DNA of 64,000 bases. It comes from a virus. The position numbers and the translations under genes are program-made. The stretch spans positions 5,958 to 69,957 of the IMG/VR virus record IMGVR_UViG_3300032214_001563; one strand, given 5' to 3'. Under the pieces are notes generated by a model. It ran no database searches. It was not told the origin of the DNA and was given only the letters and a program-made list of their open reading frames with translations. Shown one piece after another: positions 9,601 to 17,233 of the stretch. The number at the start of each line of letters is the position of its first letter. Positions within the stretch are counted from its first letter, which is position 1.

Positions 9601-9864
9601 TTTGGCTATGTAAGCTGCTTCGTACTTTGGAATTTGTGTGTTTATGAATTTTGTTGGTATAGTACCACCAAAGAAAGTTTGGAACTCATCAAAGTTAGTG
9701 ATGAAGATAGGTTCGAAGGCAGGCCCCTTTTGAGTTTCACCCACCAAACCCAAAGTAGTGACACCAACACTTTGAGCAACAAAAGATAAGTCAGTTTCTG
9801 ATGTGTAAACCCCTGGGGACACAAAAACTTTTTGGTTTGCTTGAGATGTTAATTGAAAAAACAT
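6658..9864 (-). CDS. Tail sheath protein (T4 gp18-like)
   Basis: N-terminal SPGVYTSETDLS; C-terminal PWFASAGYTRG, LYQGRINPI, WGNKTL, LNVRRLL, FEQND, KPTKALEFI. Confidence 0.95.
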   Translation of the reverse strand: MFFQLTSQANQKVFVSPGVYTSETDLSFVAQSVGVTTLGLVGETQKGPAFEPIFITNFDEFQTFFGGTIPTKFINTQIPKYEAAYIAKAYLQQSNQLFVTRILGLSGYDAGPSWSLQAIANVNGTTVGIDTGTAGTTFTVNFTGYTSGTTLTFASGLPALVSNSLSTQYTLTDGSTSTYNADLFGFMLDISGNTTLSASTANVYGSIPTSDYTTLSAQFSNLGNIFGCNNLSLDSADLSSGTNDPWYYATFDVTNNNSYSGYSWYYDVTNFVTGASGFFSGTITGETYIYSGTAYTEWNNLILATIRSRGISVYSSNLHGPQYQVTGLTDLDLVCTGAYSGISQSPFATFQLSGVTYEGNTFSFDTSFDSTNANYITKVLGIANFSKPRQEVPIYVEESYLGMLNYGYNKGYIRGVKCDLIALPEARDKASTTSIAWFLDQYQTPKTPYFVSELRGNKVYNLFRFMTISDGNSANTDVKISIANISFNNGTFDVLVRDFFDTDANPVVYEKYTNCTMDPSQNSFIGKQIGSVDGEYPLNSAYIMVEMSDEYPVDALPCGFYGLEERIYETATNPSPFPIIKTKYFFPGETIYDPPFGTTAGGANIVTSSGDIVRRTYLGISSQFGIDTDLLQYKGKKNPVTGWDLATTSEPWNYQTKGFHMDSGATVVTIANSQVTSGTPAFDCGVASFDSEPTSQESPYYFIYSRKFTCVFQGGFDGWDIYREFRTNQDRFALGASGYLQGSTPTQRYPTASGDGTFKRIVIGDNTQDFANTDYYAYLLGQLTFNNPESTNINVFATPGIDYVNNSNLCELAIGMVENERADAVYIVTTPDYNMYTPDGTSQYEIIYPQAAVDNLDQTGIDSSYTATYYPWILERDTVNNTQIYIPPTGQVCRNLALTDNISFPWFASAGYTRGLVNSVKARLKLTQEDRDTLYQGRINPIATFSDVGTVIWGNKTLQVRDTALNRLNVRRLLLQARKLISAVAVRLLFEQNDEIVRQQFLDSVNPILDSIRRDRGLYDFRVTVSSTPEDLDRNTLTGKIYLKPTKALEFIDIEFLITPTGASFENI

Positions 9865-9898
9865 TTTTTAATTTTTCTTATTCGGTTTTATTTTTATG

Positions 9899-9905
9899 AT
9901 AAATA
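9899..9905 (-). promoter_or_regulatory. TATTTAT putative late promoter
   Basis: 34 nt upstream of the sheath ATG. Confidence 0.55.
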
Positions 9906-9986
9906 TTTGATTTAAACACAAAAAACTTGACTTTTAAGTATGTATTAGTAAGCAGTATGATTTTTTTCTGCCTTTTTTCTACCTTT

Positions 9987-10151
9987 ATGAAAACTAGCCC
10001 TAAGAAGATAAAGAACCTGAAAATATCTGAAACGACACACCAAGTGTTGAAAGAGTATTGTGATGAGAATGGTTTGAAAATTTACAAATACCTAGAAAAG
10101 TTGATTCTAGAGAATTGTAAAAAGAAAAAAGATATCTACGGAGAGAACTAA
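9987..10151 (+). CDS. Small ribbon-helix-helix (CopG-like) DNA-binding protein
   Basis: KNLKISETTHQVLKEYCDENGLKIYKYLEKLI fits the RHH pattern; ATG 9987 preferred over the TTG at 9927. Confidence 0.6.
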   Translation: MKTSPKKIKNLKISETTHQVLKEYCDENGLKIYKYLEKLILENCKKKKDIYGEN

Positions 10152-11212
10152 ACAAGCTTAGCTTCAAACTCAATCAAAGCTTCCTGACCAGCAGTTTCTT
10201 TGGTGATTTCAACTCTTAATAAATCACCGGTGTTGAGTTGAATAGTTTGAACATCTTGTCCGTAATAATCATCGTTAATGTAAACAAAATATTCGTCAAC
10301 ATTCGAACTTTTAATAAAACTCAAATTAATTCTGTAATCAACTTTATCATCTATAATTGAAGAGTTGTTTGCAGTATAAAATAAATTGTATTGAAATTCA
10401 TCGGGATTAGCTGGAGTGATTTGCGCTCTTTTACCTTTTGGCACTTGAGAATCAACCTCAAATAGTTGAACTACTCTTGAAATTGCAGGTTTTACCTCAA
10501 ATTCTTCTTCGTCAATCAAGTAACCAAGCATGGTGAAATCATAACTTTGGATATAGTAGTTTCTTTTGTCCACATCGATTACCGATTCATCCGAAACATT
10601 GTTCATTATAATTGGAACATACTGCCCCTTTATAAAAGTATATGCTTGGCGGGATGAAAAAGTTTGCAACACATTTTTGTTAAATGTATTGAGTTCCCTC
10701 ATTCTGTTACAAAGAATTTTTACGCTGTAGTTAATGTCCACAGGTACTGGTTGGGGAATTGTGTAAATGTCGTACCCTTTTTGGTTTCCGTTCCACGTTG
10801 GGACCTTAGCGTAATAAAATTGTTTTCTAACAGGAATAGTATATTGAAGTGAGGGATTTGAACCATATTTAACTTCTGGCTGACGCACAACGGTTATAAA
10901 AGGAAGTTGCACGTTAAAGTCCTGGTCAACAAAGTTCCAAGTTTCAGTAAACTGGGACCACCTCTGATTTGTAATAATTTTATCAACAACACTAATATCT
11001 TTTCCGGAAACTGTCGTCTTAAGTGAGGTTTGAACAAAATCTAACATACCACCATCCAAGTCAGCATGCAAAACACTCTGAGGTAGGTAGGTTCCGTCTT
11101 CGTTAATGAACTGAAGAAGTTGTTCTCTACGAGCTGAAAGAATTTTAGGTGGAACCAAGTTGATATCTGGTTTCACCTGTTGCTTGAATATGGGGACTTT
11201 AGGTAGTGCCAT
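10148..11212 (-). CDS. Tail terminator / sheath stabiliser (T4 gp15-like)
   Basis: LPFITVVR...PQPVPVDINYSVKILCNRMRELNTFNKNVLQTF resembles the gp15 core; adjacent to the neck gene. Confidence 0.6.
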   Translation of the reverse strand: MALPKVPIFKQQVKPDINLVPPKILSARREQLLQFINEDGTYLPQSVLHADLDGGMLDFVQTSLKTTVSGKDISVVDKIITNQRWSQFTETWNFVDQDFNVQLPFITVVRQPEVKYGSNPSLQYTIPVRKQFYYAKVPTWNGNQKGYDIYTIPQPVPVDINYSVKILCNRMRELNTFNKNVLQTFSSRQAYTFIKGQYVPIIMNNVSDESVIDVDKRNYYIQSYDFTMLGYLIDEEEFEVKPAISRVVQLFEVDSQVPKGKRAQITPANPDEFQYNLFYTANNSSIIDDKVDYRINLSFIKSSNVDEYFVYINDDYYGQDVQTIQLNTGDLLRVEITKETAGQEALIEFEAKLV

Positions 11213-11727
11213 TAGGTTCCAAAGAATTCATTTTGTGAGGTAGGAACGGCAATAACTGTTCGGTAGAACGGCTTGTATCCTCCATAAGTGTGTTTATTGT
11301 CCGAAACCACACGACCGTCGTCTGACACGGTGTAGTAACGAACTTTGCTTTCAGACTCATAATATCCTATGTAATCACCATAAGCGATATCTACACCTAG
11401 TTCATCCAAGTAAGCTTGGTAAACTGAGAAACGCATGTTACCAGGTTCATTCTGTTCAATACGAGAGGTTCCAAGTTTTTGACCGGTAGGAGCAAGAATT
11501 TGAACATAACCCTTGATTTCAACAGGAGCCAAGAACTGAATACCACCCTCGGGCGATTCTCCGTAGACATCATCAATACGGGTTTTATACCTATCAATTC
11601 GGTAAAGCACCACGGTGAAGTTCATATCACCCTCGAGCCATTCCTGACCCATGGAGATATCCAAAGAATAATCTTCCCCACCAAAGAACTTCCCTAATCT
11701 AGTAATTGGAACTAACTTCTCTGCCAT
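11212..11727 (-). CDS. Neck / head-closure protein (gp14-like)
   Basis: VVLYRID...DDVYGES...GDYIGY pattern; coupled to the gp15-like gene; TATTTAT at 11741-11747. Confidence 0.55.
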   Translation of the reverse strand: MAEKLVPITRLGKFFGGEDYSLDISMGQEWLEGDMNFTVVLYRIDRYKTRIDDVYGESPEGGIQFLAPVEIKGYVQILAPTGQKLGTSRIEQNEPGNMRFSVYQAYLDELGVDIAYGDYIGYYESESKVRYYTVSDDGRVVSDNKHTYGGYKPFYRTVIAVPTSQNEFFGT

Positions 11728-11760
11728 AACACTTATATTGATAAATACCTGCTGTATTGA

Positions 11761-11768
11761 TATATTTG
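11761..11768 (+). promoter_or_regulatory. Bacteroidota-type sigma70 -7 box (TAnnTTTG)
   Basis: TATATTTG 8 nt before the SET gene, with (A)TTG 20 nt upstream. Confidence 0.5.
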
Positions 11769-11776
11769 AATAAAGT

Positions 11777-12163
11777 ATGTTTGATAAAAACCCACTTAAT
11801 GTTTTTGTGCAACCCAGTCCCGTCCATGGGCTTGGTGTTTTTGCGGCTAAAGACTTCTCAAGTGGGGAAATTATTGAAAAGTGTCCCCTCTTAAAACTGG
11901 ACGTTCACGAAAAAAGCCCTTTACTCGTTGATTACCGTTTTTGGTGGGAAGTAGATGGAAAAAGAATGTTTTATGTTTTAGCACTCGGATACGGGTCTTT
12001 GTATAACCATTCCAACCAACCCATGGCATATTTTATTAACAATCACAAAGATTTCACAATTGATTTTATTGCCACAAGGGAAATTAAAAAGGGTGAAGAA
12101 ATTCTTATTGATTACGGTGGGGAAGAATATTGGAGCTCCAGACAATATGTGAATATAAAATGA
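11777..12163 (+). CDS. SET-domain protein-lysine methyltransferase
   Basis: SPVHGLGVFA, SLYNHS and IKKGEEILIDYG SET motifs. Confidence 0.9.
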   Translation: MFDKNPLNVFVQPSPVHGLGVFAAKDFSSGEIIEKCPLLKLDVHEKSPLLVDYRFWWEVDGKRMFYVLALGYGSLYNHSNQPMAYFINNHKDFTIDFIATREIKKGEEILIDYGGEEYWSSRQYVNIK

Positions 12164-13920
12164 TGAGTCCTGAATTACCCATAGAATCAAAAGCATTGGC
12201 GGTCCTGGAAAATTATCAGGGAGCCAACAACTATATTCTTGGATTGCTGCGTAAGTTTCAGAAAAATCAAAAGTTTTTTCCAACACGAAGTCAAGCTGAA
12301 TACATTTTAACAAATAAGGACAGGGTTCCCATGGTTGCAAAAAAATGGGTGGTATTAGACACTTACTTTGCAAACAAAATCGCAGATGAAAGATTGCTTA
12401 TCAACATCCCGGAAAAAATGTGGATTGAAAAACTTCTGGCGGAAAAAGACAAAGCATATCATGTCTGGGGAAAATTCTTTGAAAATGATGAACTTACTGA
12501 TATGTGGGTTCCAAAAGCAGCAATCATTAAAGATAACAAGATAGAAATTGCCGAGGTAGATTATTCCAAATATTCTCATCGCCCCCCCCTTGAACATCAG
12601 AAAATTGCAATCGAGGAGTTGTTGAAAAACAAAAAGTATATCTTAGCCGATGATATGGGATTGGGCAAAACCACTTCAACAATCATTGCATCTTTAGAAA
12701 CTGGGGCAAAAAAGATTTTGATTATTTGCCCAGCGACCCTGAAGATTAACTGGCAAAGGGAATACCAACTCTACAGCGATAAGACCAGTTATGTTTGTGA
12801 GGGAAAAAATTATTCCGAAGATGCGGAGATTGTGATTATGAACTACGACATAATCAAAAATTTCCATGATGCCAAGGACCGAGCGAATTCTGTTATGCTC
12901 AAATCCAAGTTTGATTTGGTAATAATTGATGAGGCTCACTATGTTCAGAATGTTCAAGCACAAAGAACAAAGTTAATCAATGACTTGGTGAGAGATATTG
13001 ATAGATTGTGGTTGCTCACGGGTACTCCTATGACATCAAGACCTATTAATTACTTCAACCTTTTGTCGTTGGTGGATTCACCCGTGGCAAAAAATTGGAT
13101 GGCTTATGTTATTCGCTATTGTGCGGGTTATCAGTTTAGAGTGGGTCCAAGAAAAGTTTGGAATGTCACCGGAGCATCAAACCTGGAAGAGCTACGTGAT
13201 AGAACTGGAGCTACGGTCTTAAGACGCTTGAAGGAAGATGTTCTTGATTTGCCAGATAAAATTATCACTCCCGTTTATCTTCGCCTGCGCTCGAAGAACT
13301 ATGAGGAACTCATGGGTGAATATTACAATTGGTATGAGAAAAACCCCGAGGAAAGTAAAAACCTTTCAATCCAGTTCACCAAGCTAACGCAAGTGAGACA
13401 ACTCATCGCTGATGAAAAAACCCAGCACACCATCGAACTTGCTGAAAACATTATCGAGCAAGGGAAGAAAGTTATTATTTTCTGCAACTTCACCCATTCT
13501 TTGGAGACCATCTACAATCACTTTGGTAAAGCTGCGGTAAGGCTAGATGGTTCGATGAGCAAGACCAGTCGTCAAGATTCTGTTGATAGATTTCAAACTG
13601 ATGATAAGGTACAGGTTTTTGTTGGAAATATAAAAGCTGCTGGTGTTGGTATCACTCTAACAGCAGCAGAGGCTGTCATCATGAATGACCTTTCATTTCT
13701 ACCCTCAGACCACAGCCAGTCTGAAGACCGAGCCTACCGATACGGACAAAAAAACAACGTGCTTGTCTATTACCCCATCTTTGAAAACACCATAGAAGGA
13801 ATTATCTACGACATACTCAATAATAAAAAGCGCATTATAGCCACCGTTATGGGGGATGACACCCCAGATGAAACAAATATTGTAGAAGAAATCTTAAACA
13901 GTATAAATCGGAAAAGATAA
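12160..13920 (+). CDS. SNF2/SWI2-family helicase (SMARCAL1/HARP-like)
   Basis: ADDMGLGKT, DEAH, LTGTP, RRLKEDVL and QSEDRAYRYGQ motifs; ATGA overlap with the SET stop codon. Confidence 0.92.
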   Translation: MMSPELPIESKALAVLENYQGANNYILGLLRKFQKNQKFFPTRSQAEYILTNKDRVPMVAKKWVVLDTYFANKIADERLLINIPEKMWIEKLLAEKDKAYHVWGKFFENDELTDMWVPKAAIIKDNKIEIAEVDYSKYSHRPPLEHQKIAIEELLKNKKYILADDMGLGKTTSTIIASLETGAKKILIICPATLKINWQREYQLYSDKTSYVCEGKNYSEDAEIVIMNYDIIKNFHDAKDRANSVMLKSKFDLVIIDEAHYVQNVQAQRTKLINDLVRDIDRLWLLTGTPMTSRPINYFNLLSLVDSPVAKNWMAYVIRYCAGYQFRVGPRKVWNVTGASNLEELRDRTGATVLRRLKEDVLDLPDKIITPVYLRLRSKNYEELMGEYYNWYEKNPEESKNLSIQFTKLTQVRQLIADEKTQHTIELAENIIEQGKKVIIFCNFTHSLETIYNHFGKAAVRLDGSMSKTSRQDSVDRFQTDDKVQVFVGNIKAAGVGITLTAAEAVIMNDLSFLPSDHSQSEDRAYRYGQKNNVLVYYPIFENTIEGIIYDILNNKKRIIATVMGDDTPDETNIVEEILNSINRKR

Positions 13921-13935
13921 TCGGTCGGTTTCTAT

Positions 13936-13943
13936 TATTTATA
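13936..13943 (+). promoter_or_regulatory. TATTTATA putative late promoter
   Basis: 16 nt upstream of the SOD-fusion ATG. Confidence 0.55.
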
Positions 13944-13959
13944 GAAAAACATAAAGACC

Positions 13960-15486
13960 ATGGAACATATACAAGAACAAGTCAATAACATAGAAAAGCA
14001 AATCATCCACGAACAAAAAAAAGACCAAGTAAGGGAACTCCTCCAAGAAGGAAAAAAAATAGGAATAGAAAAACTCCCTTATAGTTATTCAGCCGTAAAG
14101 AGATTCATAGACTCAGAAACTATGAATGTTCACTACAACAAACACTACAAAGGTTATGTGGATAAGCTCAATGGACTCCTCCAAAAAAGAAAAGGAGACC
14201 ATGACTTGGAAAAAATAGTTAAAAACATTTCTCGGTACCCCAAAGGTATCAGAGACAACGCAGGGGGTGCATTCAACCACGCTCTTTTCTGGAACATGCT
14301 TTCTCCACAACCACAAAGAGTTGGCAGACCACTTCTTGCTCAAATAAAAAAAGATTTTGGAACCTACGAGAAATTCAAAAAAACTTTTGAAGATGTAGCT
14401 AAACAAAGGTTTGGCTCTGGTTGGGTATGGCTCGTCCTAACTAACAAAGGGACATTGAAAATTATGTCAACTCCCAACCAAGACAATCCTCTTATGAACA
14501 TCATCGAAGGGGGGGGTTACCCACTTCTTGGACTCGACCTTTGGGAACATGCCTACTACTTGAAGTACAAAAACAAAAGAGACGAGTACATCAAAAACTT
14601 CTGGACCGTTGTAAACTGGGAGTTTGTTGACAAAATGTATCAGATGAAAACTGAAACAAAATTGCTCGAGTCAAAGCAAATGGCTACCTTGTTAAAGGAA
14701 ACCACCGCTGAAAACTGCAGTAGAAGTGATGTAGAGTTTTTCAGAAATCTTTTCAACGTGAACGTACCAGCAAGAAACATTTACAAAAACACAATCAACG
14801 ATGTGTTAAAAAAAGTTTTTCCCGACAAGTATCACGACAAAAAAGAAAATGGAGAAATCCCCGGAATTTACTACTTGGAAAAACCAGGCAGAAGTGTAAT
14901 CAACTTTTTAAATACCAACTATTCAGCACTTTGTTTGATGATGCGTGATGTAAACCAACGACTTGAGAGGGTTGAGGGACAAGAACCAATTAACTTTCAA
15001 GACAAAGCACCAGCGGACCAAATTAAGGAAATGAAAAGATTTGCTAACTGGATTGAAAAATTTGGCAAACAAATTTTTGACACTAATGGCACTACCTTCC
15101 AGATGTTAATAAAAATATTAACTGAAAAAGATAGAGTTGGTTCGAGACGTGAAAAATCAGCAATCAAAACTTTGCAGGAAAGTTTGCCTGATTTGAAAAT
15201 TATTGGAACCTCTGGAAACGGAAAAAGTATTGATGCGGAAAAGAAAGTTGACGCACATATTGTAATCGAAGGAAAAAAGAAAACAGCTCAAATCAAAGGG
15301 TTCTCGGACATTTTGGAACAAAACGGAAAACTTGTTGTCACCAAAACCGGTGAGGTAGCAAAATATAATGTTGACCTTATGGTATTTGTTAAGGGAAACA
15401 AAGTCGCGGTATTTGAGAACAACGGAGAAATACTAATGGGTAATTATGTTTTTGACAAAAAACATTTACTATACGATTTAAGATAA
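13960..15486 (+). CDS. Fe/Mn superoxide dismutase fused to a C-terminal domain of unknown function (possible PD-(D/E)xK fold)
   Basis: LPYSY, HYNKHYKGY, NHALFW, FGSGWVWL and DLWEHAYY (metal ligands present), followed by about 270 extra residues. Confidence 0.85.
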   Translation: MEHIQEQVNNIEKQIIHEQKKDQVRELLQEGKKIGIEKLPYSYSAVKRFIDSETMNVHYNKHYKGYVDKLNGLLQKRKGDHDLEKIVKNISRYPKGIRDNAGGAFNHALFWNMLSPQPQRVGRPLLAQIKKDFGTYEKFKKTFEDVAKQRFGSGWVWLVLTNKGTLKIMSTPNQDNPLMNIIEGGGYPLLGLDLWEHAYYLKYKNKRDEYIKNFWTVVNWEFVDKMYQMKTETKLLESKQMATLLKETTAENCSRSDVEFFRNLFNVNVPARNIYKNTINDVLKKVFPDKYHDKKENGEIPGIYYLEKPGRSVINFLNTNYSALCLMMRDVNQRLERVEGQEPINFQDKAPADQIKEMKRFANWIEKFGKQIFDTNGTTFQMLIKILTEKDRVGSRREKSAIKTLQESLPDLKIIGTSGNGKSIDAEKKVDAHIVIEGKKKTAQIKGFSDILEQNGKLVVTKTGEVAKYNVDLMVFVKGNKVAVFENNGEILMGNYVFDKKHLLYDLR

Positions 15487-15503
15487 GTGAGGTATTTATT
15501 GGT

Positions 15504-16622
15504 ATGGCAGTTTTACCAGAACCAGAAAGAAGTAGGATTTATACCAGACTTCGTCACCAATTAGGTGCCCCACTTAGAGCTGTAGAATTAGAGGACGAGA
15601 TGCTCGATTCCTTAATGGAATTGTCTATTCAAGATTATGAACAATACACTTTAGATTGGCTTATTGAATCCAACTGGGTCAACTTGGTTAACCTGAATAT
15701 GAAGGAAAAATCTGTTGCAAGAGCGTTAGTAACTAGAACCTTTAATTTGGAAGACCAGTTCACTTATGCATATTCAAAAATTGTGGGGTTGCAAACAAGT
15801 GGTCCTTATGTTTTGAAAAAAGATTATTTTATCTTGAGTGCCGATACACAATCTTATGAAATCCCGGCAGGTCGTGAAGTAAACGAACTACTATGGTTTT
15901 CGAATCAACCGTTCCAAAACCTAGCTCTGTGGGGGACTACTGACTATGGTTTTGGTGGTTTAGGTCTTGGTGCAAACCAAGCTGGTTATGCACAAATAGG
16001 TACTGCTGGTGGTTACTTTATGATGAGCGGATTCGATTATTTAATCCGTGCACAAGAAGCAAACATCCTGAACAGAATATTAGGGGGTGCCTTAACTTAT
16101 AAAATTACCGGTCTTCCAGACGGAAAAAGGTTAATCACTTTGTACAACGCACCTGGTTCGAACTTCTCATTTAGTAACTATTCTCAATATACTGGTAAAG
16201 CTGTATGGTATTGGTACTATGAGACCGATGGTGATAGTAGAGCACAATGTCTAAAAGACAATCCTGATATTATTAAATTACCCTCCGATGTTCCAATTGA
16301 AGAATTGAGTTGGGAAGATTTAAACACTCCTGCCCAACAATGGGTAAGAAAGTGGTTTACAGCTTATGCTAAAGAAACATTAGCAAGAGTAAGGGGTAAG
16401 TTCTCAGGTAATTTGAAAACTCCGGATTCTGAACTTCAGATGGATTATCAATCATTAGCCACAGAATCAAAAGACGAAAAAACTAAACTAGAAGAGGAAC
16501 TCAAACTTCGATTAGAAAGACTTCGTCCAGAAAAACAAATGGAAAAAGAAGCTTTAATTGCTGAAAACTTGAACAAGCAAATGAAGTTTAGAGCGATGCC
16601 CAGACAAATTTATGTGATATAA
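15504..16622 (+). CDS. Neck / head-tail adaptor protein (T4 gp13-like)
   Basis: RLRHQLGAPLRAVELEDEMLDSLMELSIQDY and WVRKWFTAYAKETLARVRGKF are gp13-like; TATTTAT at 15493-15499. Confidence 0.8.
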   Translation: MAVLPEPERSRIYTRLRHQLGAPLRAVELEDEMLDSLMELSIQDYEQYTLDWLIESNWVNLVNLNMKEKSVARALVTRTFNLEDQFTYAYSKIVGLQTSGPYVLKKDYFILSADTQSYEIPAGREVNELLWFSNQPFQNLALWGTTDYGFGGLGLGANQAGYAQIGTAGGYFMMSGFDYLIRAQEANILNRILGGALTYKITGLPDGKRLITLYNAPGSNFSFSNYSQYTGKAVWYWYYETDGDSRAQCLKDNPDIIKLPSDVPIEELSWEDLNTPAQQWVRKWFTAYAKETLARVRGKFSGNLKTPDSELQMDYQSLATESKDEKTKLEEELKLRLERLRPEKQMEKEALIAENLNKQMKFRAMPRQIYVI

Positions 16623-16623
16623 T

Positions 16624-16959
16624 ATGGCTGTTATTAAAAACATACCATCACAGAGACTTATTAATGGAAAAGTAATCAACACATCAGAAGTATCTGTTGT
16701 ATCTGAACCTTTTTACGAAACTCACGGAGAAGCTTGTATAGTAATAAGAGGGGTACAGCAAGCCAAAATAAGGTTGGATAGTATCTCTACCGACCATACG
16801 GTAATCAAAGCCATGACCAAAGTCCTTATCATTCCTGACATCGGAAAAATTGATGAGGAATATGATGAAATTTTAATCGACAAGGGAGCTTGCGTAGAAT
16901 TTAGATTCTGCGCAGGTGTTTGGTATATTATATCCTCTGACGGACTTAAGATGTCTTAA
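16624..16959 (+). CDS. Hypothetical beta-rich protein (probably virion-associated)
   Basis: 111-aa ORF directly after the neck gene. Confidence 0.6.
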   Translation: MAVIKNIPSQRLINGKVINTSEVSVVSEPFYETHGEACIVIRGVQQAKIRLDSISTDHTVIKAMTKVLIIPDIGKIDEEYDEILIDKGACVEFRFCAGVWYIISSDGLKMS

Positions 16960-17233
16960 GAGGGATATTCTTTAAATCTTTTACACTTATCGTCTTAACT
17001 CCCGTGGTTCCTTGAGCTAACTCTACGAAAACTCCTTGGTTAGCTAAGAATTCAAAAACGTAAAAAAGATAATCTGGGATTACCAAATCAGGACGAGTGA
17101 CAGACACTCCAATATGTTCTGGAGAGTATTCACGGGTTGGACGACCCACCTGTTTTTCGCTGCCACGACGAACAATCCAAAAATCAGCACCTGGGTTATC
17201 TACCGACAGGTTAACTATGTGTTTCAGTTTCAT
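16946..17233 (-). CDS. Small protein resembling a type I restriction specificity (HsdS TRD) fragment
   Basis: PDYLFYVFEFLANQGVFVELAQGTTGVKTISVKDLKNIPL resembles the end of an HsdS target-recognition domain; ATG 17233 overlaps the polB end. Confidence 0.5.
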   Translation of the reverse strand: MKLKHIVNLSVDNPGADFWIVRRGSEKQVGRPTREYSPEHIGVSVTRPDLVIPDYLFYVFEFLANQGVFVELAQGTTGVKTISVKDLKNIPLKTS

